Positions 50,965 to 58,969 of a stretch of DNA of 64,000 bases are shown one piece after another; positions within the stretch are counted from its first letter, which is position 1, and every line of letters starts with the position of its first letter. Below the pieces are notes generated by a model. It did not search any database. It saw only the letters and a program-made list of their open reading frames with translations, and was not told the DNA's origin. The translations under genes were made by a program, and so were the position numbers. Source of the stretch: Candidatus Zhuqueibacterota bacterium (GTDB lineage: Bacteria > Zhuqueibacterota > QNDG01 > JABMRT01); contig JABMRT010000088.1 of the NCBI GenBank assembly GCA_013202295.1, forward strand, positions 1,357 to 65,356, written 5' to 3'.

Positions 50965-52389
50965 TTAGTGACCTTCAATCAACTTAACACGATCCAATAA
51001 CCTGCCATCTTTGATGACAGATTCTATTGTTCTGGTATTACGAATATCATCGAGTGGATTTGCGTTTAAAATGATTAGATCGGCTCGTTTTCCTTCCTCT
51101 ATCGTCCCAAACAAGTTTTCAGCGCTAAGCATTTCTGCACCTTTTCGTGTAGCTGCGACAAGTATTTCCATTGGAGATAAGCCCGCCTTTGCCAGAAGTT
51201 CCATCTCCAAATGTGAACTGTATCCTGGAAAGTTAAAAATAAATCCTGCATCAGTTCCTAATACTATTTTCACACCTGAGCGATGTGCTTCCCCGATACC
51301 TCTAATAATATTTTCCACACGAGGACGAACCCAGGCTGCTGTGCGCTGTTTATGTGCATTAAGGAATAATGGATTGTTTAAGCTTTCTATTGTATGTCTT
51401 GAAACGCCGTCTCTTAGAAATGGATCAGCAAAAAGTGTTGGATCATCGATATAACGGTAGAACCCGCAATAAAGAGCGAGAGTCGGAATATAGTAAATGT
51501 CGTTTTCTTTCATAGTTTGAATTAGTGATTCATCGAGAATTGGTTTATCCATAACGCCATGAGCTATTGCTCCGACACCTGCCTTGACAGCATCTTGCAT
51601 TTCGTCTAATGACGATATATGGGCATATACAGGTAATTTAAATTTATTGGCTTCATCGAGGATGTATTGAATTAATTCTGGAGACATTCGCGGATGGTTG
51701 TTACCCCAAGGTGGGGGACCAGATTCAATGATGATCTTTACACCATCCATGCCTAAGGCTGCATTGTTGGCAATAGCCTCACGGACTTGCCTATTATTTC
51801 TGATGATTGTGTAGCCCCTTGATTCCCAATCAATCGTTTCAAGGTCTGTACCTGGTGGTAATGACGCTGCAACAGTTGTGGCAATCGGATGGCCACCGGG
51901 TACAGTCAACATATTGCCTGTTCCATAGATACAAGGTGCAAAAACAAAACCCTCACGCTGTCGTTTATGAAGTTCAGCGATTTCGCTGGTGCTGCCGCCA
52001 TCAGCGCCTAAGTTCAATACTGTAGTTACACCATAATATAAAAATTGTCTGAATACACGCTCATTGGTGTGTGAAGCATGAGGCTCAAGACCTCCGCTAC
52101 TGAAGTGTACATGAACATCAACCAGTCCGGGCATCACATATTTACCAGTGGCATTAATGAGGATTGTACTTCCCGGAACATGTTTGATATCTTTCGATGA
52201 TATGTGAGATATAATGCCGTCTTTGATAAATATATTTACGTTTGAAACCGGTACATTTCCAGTCCCGTCAATAAGTGTCGCATTAGAAATAATAAGATCC
52301 ACGTCCTGTATATTTGGGGAAGAACATGCCGAAAACATGAGAATGGACAGGATGAATAGTATTGCAATACGGTTTTTTATAAGTTTCAT
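50965..52389 (-). CDS. Amidohydrolase-family lipoprotein (imidazolonepropionase-like)
   Basis: FSAC lipobox; MPGLVDVHVH, GVKI, YAH, AHG, LGTDAG, GTIEEGKRADL. Confidence 0.9.
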   Translation of the reverse strand: MKLIKNRIAILFILSILMFSACSSPNIQDVDLIISNATLIDGTGNVPVSNVNIFIKDGIISHISSKDIKHVPGSTILINATGKYVMPGLVDVHVHFSSGGLEPHASHTNERVFRQFLYYGVTTVLNLGADGGSTSEIAELHKRQREGFVFAPCIYGTGNMLTVPGGHPIATTVAASLPPGTDLETIDWESRGYTIIRNNRQVREAIANNAALGMDGVKIIIESGPPPWGNNHPRMSPELIQYILDEANKFKLPVYAHISSLDEMQDAVKAGVGAIAHGVMDKPILDESLIQTMKENDIYYIPTLALYCGFYRYIDDPTLFADPFLRDGVSRHTIESLNNPLFLNAHKQRTAAWVRPRVENIIRGIGEAHRSGVKIVLGTDAGFIFNFPGYSSHLEMELLAKAGLSPMEILVAATRKGAEMLSAENLFGTIEEGKRADLIILNANPLDDIRNTRTIESVIKDGRLLDRVKLIEGH

Positions 52390-52425
52390 ATTTGTTCCCT
52401 CCCCTTCTAAAGATATTTGTTTGCG

Positions 52426-52550
52426 GCCTAACGTCGTGGCTAACTGGTTTTAAAACTAAACGAACACATAAGTTGAAAAAGTAATTCCATAAAATTTAAA
52501 ACTGAAAAATAAAGGTACGTTTTAAAATCCAGTTGAGCCAGTTGTTATGT
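52426..52550 (-). mobile_element. attC site (proximal, intact)
   Basis: R'' ACATAAC, R' GTTAGGC; arms GGCT-AACTGG-TTTTAAAA and TTTTAAAA[T]CCAGTT[G]AGCC pair with extrahelical T and G on the bottom (+) strand; 125 bp. Confidence 0.88.
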
Positions 52551-53532
52551 TTTGTTTTTTATGGTTTATAGTTATAACAACATTTCCCTTTTTATGACCT
52601 TTATCAACATACCGGTGTGCTTCTGCGGTCTCTTCTAAGGGATAGCATCTATCAATGACCGGTTTGATTTTTCCCTCTTCTACAAGTTCTCTGAGCAAAT
52701 GTAAATCTTCGATCTTATTCGCTATACCATAGATGATTTTCTTTTTACTTGTCAGGGATATCCAAAGGGCCTCAAGAATCGGCCAATCCACCGTAATAAA
52801 GGCCCCTTTCTCTGTCAGAGAATTTTTACATTGGGAATATGAGGTTTTCATGACCGCATCAAAAATGATGTCATACCGTTCTCCGCTATTGGTAAAATTC
52901 TCCTTTGTGTAATCAATCACTTTGTCAGCACCAATAGATTTTACCAATTCTATATTATCTGTACTGCAAACACCGGTTACCTCCGCTCCAAAATATTTGG
53001 CCAGCTGGACTACAAAAGTACCGACACTCCCGGATGCTCCATTGATCAACACGCTCTGTCCTTTTTGGATTTTCCCTTTTCTTAACAACACCAAGGCGGT
53101 TAATCCCCCGATGGGAACAGCAGCAGCTTCTTCATAGGAACTGTTTATCGGTTTTAGTGCGACCCTGTTTTTCGGCATACATTTGTATTCAGCATTGCCG
53201 CCGCCATTGCTCACTTCCCAGACTATAGCATACACCTGATCGCCCGGTTTAAATTCTGATACATTATTTCCTATGGCCTCAATCTCACCGGCCAGTTCAT
53301 TTCCCGGCGTCGGTTTTCTCGGCCTTCGAAAACCGAACCAAATTTTCCCTGGGAGCAGGAACCAGCGGGCCCAGGTAAAGCTTCGCATTCGTACATCTCC
53401 TGCGGCTACCGTACTTGCATATACCTTAATTAACACTTCATTATCCCCGGGTGTCGGTTTTAGTACATCTTTAAGCTGAAGCACTTCGGGTGGACCGTAT
53501 TGAGTACAGACTATTGCTTTCATTTGTGTCAC
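52522..53532 (-). CDS. NAD(P)-dependent MDR-family oxidoreductase (Zn-independent, quinone-reductase-like), first cassette
   Basis: MKAIV..YGPPEVL, INGASGSVG, GAEVTGVCS, IKPVIDR.YPLE, GHKKGNVVI; ORF runs into the attC. Confidence 0.92.
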   Translation of the reverse strand: MTQMKAIVCTQYGPPEVLQLKDVLKPTPGDNEVLIKVYASTVAAGDVRMRSFTWARWFLLPGKIWFGFRRPRKPTPGNELAGEIEAIGNNVSEFKPGDQVYAIVWEVSNGGGNAEYKCMPKNRVALKPINSSYEEAAAVPIGGLTALVLLRKGKIQKGQSVLINGASGSVGTFVVQLAKYFGAEVTGVCSTDNIELVKSIGADKVIDYTKENFTNSGERYDIIFDAVMKTSYSQCKNSLTEKGAFITVDWPILEALWISLTSKKKIIYGIANKIEDLHLLRELVEEGKIKPVIDRCYPLEETAEAHRYVDKGHKKGNVVITINHKKQNITTGSTGF

Positions 53533-53562
53533 TCCGAGATGATTTTAAGCATAATATTTAAA

Positions 53563-53581
53563 ACATAACATAGTATTAACG
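53563..53581 (-). mobile_element. attI-like recombination site
   Basis: Minus strand CGTTAAT-ACTAT-GTTATGT (L box, 5-bp spacer, R box, as in attI1 CCCTAAA-ACAAA-GTTRRRY); GTTATGTTTT is the exact complement of AAAACATAAC at the first cassette's attC. Confidence 0.7.
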
Positions 53582-53585
53582 ACCC

Positions 53586-53683
53586 TATATGCATATTTTA
53601 AATGCATATAAATATAGAAACCATGTATCTATATATAGAGACTTGTATCTATTTATAGATACCTATATGCATTGTATATGCAT
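53586..53683. repeat. Array of ~9 related 9-mers (TATATGCAT / TATAGATAC-like) in mixed orientation
   Basis: TATATGCAT 53586, ATGCATATA 53602, TATAGAAAC 53613, GTATCTATA 53625, TATAGAGAC 53634, GTATCTATT 53645, TATAGATAC 53654, TATATGCAT 53664 and 53675. Confidence 0.85.
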
Positions 53684-54031
53684 CTATAACGGACCGCGCT
53701 TCACAATGCGGTCTTCTAAATCAAGTTCAAAAACAGTCGGAAGAGGGAGCTCCCAGACTTTTTGAATCGGATTCCATTTTCTACCGGCCATTTTAACATT
53801 TTGCCGTAATTCGGTCTCCTGAATGTGAATTTGAAGCCCCACTTTCTTGTCATGAACAATACCCTGATAGCATTCCAGCTTCCAGTACTGTTCATCAACA
53901 ATAATCTCCGCAGTCTTCAAGCGTCTCTTTGATATCGGATCATAACGGTACCGGACACACACGAGTTCGGCGCCGTGTGCCTGCATTTCCGATTTGGTGC
54001 CGCGTTGTCCTGGCTTCAATACCAGACGCAT
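53684..54031 (-). CDS. Small basic hypothetical protein; C-terminal half DUF5710/HARP-like
   Basis: LKPGQRGTK...LVCVRYRYD...RRLKTAEIIVDE N-half; E.ELRQ.VK.AG.KWNP..KVWEL C-half. Confidence 0.75.
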   Translation of the reverse strand: MRLVLKPGQRGTKSEMQAHGAELVCVRYRYDPISKRRLKTAEIIVDEQYWKLECYQGIVHDKKVGLQIHIQETELRQNVKMAGRKWNPIQKVWELPLPTVFELDLEDRIVKRGPL

Positions 54032-54307
54032 AGCAGCGTTTCCGTGGGTTTCTCATTTATACAGATTCATACACCTGTCTCTCCTGATCGTTCAAGGGTA
54101 AGAGTCAGGGTGCCTGTGCAGATGGTGACGATGTAGCGCTCTATTAAAATAAGTTGAATGTAATTTACAAAGCCTGATTGAAAATGCAAGTGGTTTTTAC
54201 TGAGATTGCCCCGGGGCGTGAAACAAGAAGGTTTGGCCCTTTTCAAATCGGCATTATTTATCAAGTTAATGCGAGCGAAGTTAGAAGACCATCATCCTTC
54301 TACAATT

Positions 54308-54341
54308 AAAAAATCCCGGAAACCTCTCGATCTCCGGGATT
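54308..54341 (-). terminator. Intrinsic terminator of pepF
   Basis: Minus strand AATCCCGGAGA...TTTCCGGGATTTTTT. Confidence 0.75.
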
Positions 54342-54358
54342 GAAATTTACAGTATTTA

Positions 54359-54418
54359 CTCGTTCCAATGCTCCGCGTTGGAACGTCATCCCATTCCCAC
54401 GCAGAGCGTGGGAACGAG
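54359..54418. repeat. REP/REPIN-like palindromic doublet
   Basis: CTCGTTCCAATGCTCCGCGTTGGAACG and the inverted copy CATTCCCACGCAGAGCGTGGGAACGAG, each itself a hairpin. Confidence 0.8.
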
Positions 54419-54434
54419 ATGTTTGAAAGGAATA

Positions 54435-56327
54435 TTAAATCCCCTTCTTATCCAAAATCTTCTCAATCTCATCCATAGTACGATTCATCGCCTGCATCGT
54501 CTTGTCAAACGGCTCAGAACCCGTCATGTCCACACCGGCATCCTTTAAAATATCGATTGGATATTTGGAGCCGCCTGAAGACAAGAAAGTCATCACATGA
54601 TCCACCGCACCCTTTTCATGGGCCAACACCTTCTCGGCCAGAGCGGTGGATGCGGTAAAGCTGGTGGCATACTGATATACATAAAAATTATAGTAGAAAT
54701 GAGGAATGAACGCCCACTCAACCGTCACATGATCTTCGATAAGCGTCACACCCTGTTCATGACCATAATACCGTTTCAGAATATCGGCATACAATTCAGT
54801 CAAATTGTCCCCTGTCAGAGGTTGATCCTTTTCCGCAAGTTCATGCATCCGCAGTTCAAACTCAGCGAACTGTGTCTGGCGGAACAGGGTGCCCTTGATC
54901 CCGTCGAGATATTCCATAAGAAGAGATAGCCGGACGTCATCATCCTTGATCTTCTTCATCATATAATCCTGCAGCAGTGCTTCGTTTAATGTAGACGCCA
55001 CCTCTGCCACGAAAATAGAATAATCTGAGAGCGGATAAGGTTGATTCTTGTTGGACAAATAACTGTGCATCGTGTGTCCCAATTCATGCGCAAGCGTGCT
55101 CACATCATTATACTGTCCGTTATAATTTAGCAGGATGTAGGGATGCTCATCGTAGGCGCTGCCGTTGGAATAAGCGCCGGAACGTTTGCCTGGAGTGGGA
55201 TACACATCGACCCAGCGATTTTCAAGGCCATTTTTCACAGTCTGGATATATTTCTTGCCAAGTGGTTTAAACGCCTGAAGTACCATTTCTTTGGCTTCAT
55301 TATAATCGTATTTCAGATCCACATTTTTCACGGTGGGCGCGTAAAGATCGGAGTATTTCAGGGTATCGACGCCCAACATGCGTTTCTTGATCTTGAGATA
55401 GCGATGAAACGAATCCAGGTTGTCGTTCACGTTTTTTATGAGGGAGTGATAGACTTCTACCGGGATATTGTTCTGATCCAGTTTCGAGTGCAGCGAAGAG
55501 TCATAGCCTCGGACCCGCGCATAAAAAATATCACCCTTAATATTTGAATACATGGATGCGCCCAGCGTCTGCCGGAACTGATTCATGGTGCCCCAGAACT
55601 CTTTGAAAACCAATTCACGATCATCGCGATTGGGTGAAGTGCGGTGCAATCCATACCCGGATTGATTCAGCGTCACTTTTGAACCATCGGACAATTCGAC
55701 TTCGGGATAGGGCAATTCCGCGTTCGCGAAAATATTATAAATACTGGATGGGCCGCCTGCCATGGCACCGGCCTCGGCAATGATTTTCTCTTCTTCCGCG
55801 GATAGCTTATGCGCTTTCCGGCGGAGAATATCATTGAGGTAGAATCGATGCACTTCCAGACCTGGTTCCTTCTGGATGAACTTGTCAATCGTCTCTTTAT
55901 CCAGGTTCACAAGTTCAGGTTCAATAAAGGACGCCTTGCTGTTATAATTGGTGCCGAGTTGTTGCAGTTCCTGCTTCATGGACATATTGTCCGCATTGCG
56001 AGTGTCCAAATCGGATTTCATACCCGCATAGGAGTAGAGCTTGCTGAACTCTTTGCCAAGATTGCTGTCAAATTCAAGACAGGCCAGCAAATCATTCGGG
56101 GAGGTTGCCAGTTTGCCCTGATACTCGAGAATTTGTTCCATGGACGCAACCAATTCATCTTTGGATGCACGCCATGCCGCATCGTCTGGATAAAGATCTT
56201 CGAGCTGCCACGTATCCGATTGGGGTACATCGGCTCGTTCGCGAGCCTGAGCTTGACTATCATTGACACTCATCAGCAGCCCTGTGCATAGAGTCAATGT
56301 CAAAATTATACCTGTGATTCTGGTCAT
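54435..56327 (-). CDS. pepF: Oligoendopeptidase F (M3B) with signal peptide
   Basis: TWQLEDLY, GKRSGAYS, HPYILLNY, TLAHELGHTMHS, FVAEVAST, RQTQFAEFE, IPHFYYNFYVYQYAT. Confidence 0.95.
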   Translation of the reverse strand: MTRITGIILTLTLCTGLLMSVNDSQAQARERADVPQSDTWQLEDLYPDDAAWRASKDELVASMEQILEYQGKLATSPNDLLACLEFDSNLGKEFSKLYSYAGMKSDLDTRNADNMSMKQELQQLGTNYNSKASFIEPELVNLDKETIDKFIQKEPGLEVHRFYLNDILRRKAHKLSAEEEKIIAEAGAMAGGPSSIYNIFANAELPYPEVELSDGSKVTLNQSGYGLHRTSPNRDDRELVFKEFWGTMNQFRQTLGASMYSNIKGDIFYARVRGYDSSLHSKLDQNNIPVEVYHSLIKNVNDNLDSFHRYLKIKKRMLGVDTLKYSDLYAPTVKNVDLKYDYNEAKEMVLQAFKPLGKKYIQTVKNGLENRWVDVYPTPGKRSGAYSNGSAYDEHPYILLNYNGQYNDVSTLAHELGHTMHSYLSNKNQPYPLSDYSIFVAEVASTLNEALLQDYMMKKIKDDDVRLSLLMEYLDGIKGTLFRQTQFAEFELRMHELAEKDQPLTGDNLTELYADILKRYYGHEQGVTLIEDHVTVEWAFIPHFYYNFYVYQYATSFTASTALAEKVLAHEKGAVDHVMTFLSSGGSKYPIDILKDAGVDMTGSEPFDKTMQAMNRTMDEIEKILDKKGI

Positions 56328-56504
56328 AATCCTTCTCCTTTGAGTTAATTGTTTTCAATTTAAAATAAGCCTCCTTTAAATTCGGTGCCAGTTTAAATCG
56401 ATGAACGGTCATTTCATCCGATCAAATTATATTTTAACGCCTCTAAGTGAAATAAGTTCTAATAATAAAAGGTTTAATTTCATAATTTTGGACAGCTCGC
56501 CATA

Positions 56505-58967
56505 TCAGAAAAATCGGTAGCCAAATGAGAAAAACAGATTGGTTTGTACGTGATCTGTCTCATATGCGCCTTTACTGCCTCGACTCAGGATAATATTCAC
56601 CGGGCCCAGCAACGAAATCATCTTAAGACCAATACCATATCCCCAGATTTGACCAACCTCAGGGTAATGGGGGTCATCTATATATTGCAGTCGATATGTC
56701 ACATTCCCGATCAACCGCAGATAAAAGGATTCTACCAGCTTGTAATGATACTCTAAACGAATAAAGGACACACCCTGCATGGCTACCTGATGATAATCTG
56801 GACCGATTAAATGTTCAGGATCATCATTATAATAGTGTTTATAAACAGGAAGTTTGCTAGATGATTCTCGCCAGTAGTTAAGCATTCTCACTGTGTGTGT
56901 GTTATTGAATGTATGATAGAGATCTGCGAAGAAGTGAATCCATTGATAAGTCACGTCTGTTTGCAACTCATCAAAACTGCCTTCATATTGAAAATGGGCG
57001 TACAATCCATCAGTCGGTGTTAAGCGACAGTCCAAATTATCAAACGTTGCCGTGGCACGCACCTCTCGCAGTCGCTCCTTCCATGTGGGAAATAGAGTTG
57101 CATCGGATATGGCTATTTTAGGCTCAACAAACATATGCTCCTGGATTAAAGCGATATCTGCATGAAAACCATTTCCCAGCAGGAGCCCAACACCCGCACC
57201 CATTGAAATGGATTTGTCTTTATAACTGGCAACCTGATTTCCATCTCCATCATAGATTGAAACCGGTGCATTACGATAACGCGCAGCAGTGAATGGATAT
57301 ACAGGAAGATTTAATGTTTGAGACGGATAATAAAATTTTGTTTTCAGCTGGAATAATCCCGCCATTTGCATCTCGGCGTCGAATCGAAGTCCTGAAATGA
57401 GCAGATCATTTCTTTGAAATGCAATGCTGGCCACCATCTTGTGAAATGTATCATACCACAATCCCATCCGCAACTTGCGATAGGGCAGCTCTTTTACATA
57501 GATCTTTAAAAATACACGATTCTCCCCGATCGGTTCAATATCATAGCGAATGGTTTCAAAATATCCAAGACCATAAACCTTCATGATTCGGCGATTTAAC
57601 ACTTCGGTGTCCAGGATATCGCCTGGACTGATCCCAAAACAGTGGTAAAGAAATTGAAATCCAATTCTTTCATTCCCATCAATGGTGATTCCGTGAATCT
57701 GGGGACGGCGACGTTCCTTCACGCGTATTAGCAGTTTGACGTACTTATCTGAAATGGGAATCACATCAAATCCTGCAGATTCAAACTGTCCACTTGCCTT
57801 CATCTCCACCAGCCTGGTGTGAATTACATCAGGATCACATGGATCGCCTGGATGAATGCCCAGCATGTCATACAGATCAGAAAACGGGATGGTTGTATGG
57901 CCCGTGATTTGAAGATTGAAAATCTGAGGATGAGTTTCATAATGCGTCAGTTTTAAGGGATTGCGGATATTTCCCAGATTCAGTGCATGCTTAAGCATAA
58001 CCAGTTCGGTTTCAGCCTGCCTGGCTGCAACCTCCCCGTCATGGAGAATTTGAGCGATCTTCTCATCCATAAAATCACCCATGGCCAGTTCTTCCAATTC
58101 CGGATGGATTAGAAAATCAACCTGCTGTATATTCTCCTTCCACTTCTGAATACCAAGCATGTTAATAGATTGATCGAGCACTTTAAGTGCGGAATTTAAG
58201 TTTTCTTTCGGACGAAGCCGATTGCCCACATCCACGGCAATGACTATATCCGCACCCATAGAGCGCACGACATCAACAGGCAGGTTGTTCATGATGCCGC
58301 CATCCACGAGCAGAGAGTCCCCCCATTCCACGGGACTGAAGACGGACGGAATTGCCATGGTCGAACGCATGGCCCGGGCCAGAGATCCTTGATTTAGGAC
58401 AACCTCATTTCCGGTTACCAGATCTACAGCCACACAGCGGAATGGAATGGGTAGGTCATCAAAATACCGTATGTGCTCATAAGGAAAGGTCAGGCTGGAA
58501 AACAGCAGGGAGACCTTTTGCCCGAATATCAATCCGCTGGGAGGAACTGGATGGATCCCCTCCATGCTGAACACAAGCTGGAATCGTTTAGCCATCTTCT
58601 TTTCAAAATAAGGCAACTTGTTACGTGGTGGATGATCTCTGAACAGATCAATCCAGTCGGTTGACTGAACCAGATTCTCCAGTTCCAATCCATCATACCC
58701 AATGGAATAGAGTGCACCCAGAATGCCACCCATGCTGGTCCCCGCTATATAATCTATCGGGATTTCGAGAGAGTCGAGCATCTTCAGCGTGCCGATATGC
58801 GCAAAACCAAGCGCTCCCCCACCTGAAAGAACCAGACCGATCTTGGGCCGGTCTGAAACATTTGCCTGTGTCGAAGTGAAAAAACAAAGTGTTAATAAAA
58901 CACCGAGAAAGGTTCTTTTTAACAATATTCCCAATATGCATTTATCATTCAATATATATATATCCAA
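56505..58967 (-). CDS. Patatin-like phospholipase with POTRA domains and Omp85-like beta-barrel (PlpD/type Vd-like)
   Basis: LSGGGALG.AHIG, GTSMG, DGG; POTRA-like ITIDGNE...GLGYFE; C-terminal FSFGYRFF. Confidence 0.9.
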   Translation of the reverse strand: MDIYILNDKCILGILLKRTFLGVLLTLCFFTSTQANVSDRPKIGLVLSGGGALGFAHIGTLKMLDSLEIPIDYIAGTSMGGILGALYSIGYDGLELENLVQSTDWIDLFRDHPPRNKLPYFEKKMAKRFQLVFSMEGIHPVPPSGLIFGQKVSLLFSSLTFPYEHIRYFDDLPIPFRCVAVDLVTGNEVVLNQGSLARAMRSTMAIPSVFSPVEWGDSLLVDGGIMNNLPVDVVRSMGADIVIAVDVGNRLRPKENLNSALKVLDQSINMLGIQKWKENIQQVDFLIHPELEELAMGDFMDEKIAQILHDGEVAARQAETELVMLKHALNLGNIRNPLKLTHYETHPQIFNLQITGHTTIPFSDLYDMLGIHPGDPCDPDVIHTRLVEMKASGQFESAGFDVIPISDKYVKLLIRVKERRRPQIHGITIDGNERIGFQFLYHCFGISPGDILDTEVLNRRIMKVYGLGYFETIRYDIEPIGENRVFLKIYVKELPYRKLRMGLWYDTFHKMVASIAFQRNDLLISGLRFDAEMQMAGLFQLKTKFYYPSQTLNLPVYPFTAARYRNAPVSIYDGDGNQVASYKDKSISMGAGVGLLLGNGFHADIALIQEHMFVEPKIAISDATLFPTWKERLREVRATATFDNLDCRLTPTDGLYAHFQYEGSFDELQTDVTYQWIHFFADLYHTFNNTHTVRMLNYWRESSSKLPVYKHYYNDDPEHLIGPDYHQVAMQGVSFIRLEYHYKLVESFYLRLIGNVTYRLQYIDDPHYPEVGQIWGYGIGLKMISLLGPVNIILSRGSKGAYETDHVQTNLFFSFGYRFF

Positions 58968-58969
58968 AT

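Larger units (their letters stand above)
47733..53581 (-). mobile_element. Integron gene-cassette array without integrase in the window (CALIN-like), three cassettes plus attI-like site
   Basis: Three attC-like sites separating co-oriented, AT-richer genes; attI-like site at the head of the array. Confidence 0.8.

Noticed and set aside
47733-52550. Repeated ~125-bp units as a possible CRISPR array
   Set aside because: The units are separated by whole genes, have attC architecture, and no cas genes are present.
53586-53683. Repeat array as mini-CRISPR or simple microsatellite
   Set aside because: Units are 9 bp in mixed orientation with no unique spacers and are not a pure (TA)n run.
54067-54264. 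65-aa ORF as a possible integrase remnant
   Set aside because: No tyrosine-recombinase R-H-R-H-Y motifs recognised on either strand in 54032-54434.
56375-56392. TGGCAC upstream of pepF as a sigma-54 promoter
   Set aside because: The -12 position reads AA rather than GC.
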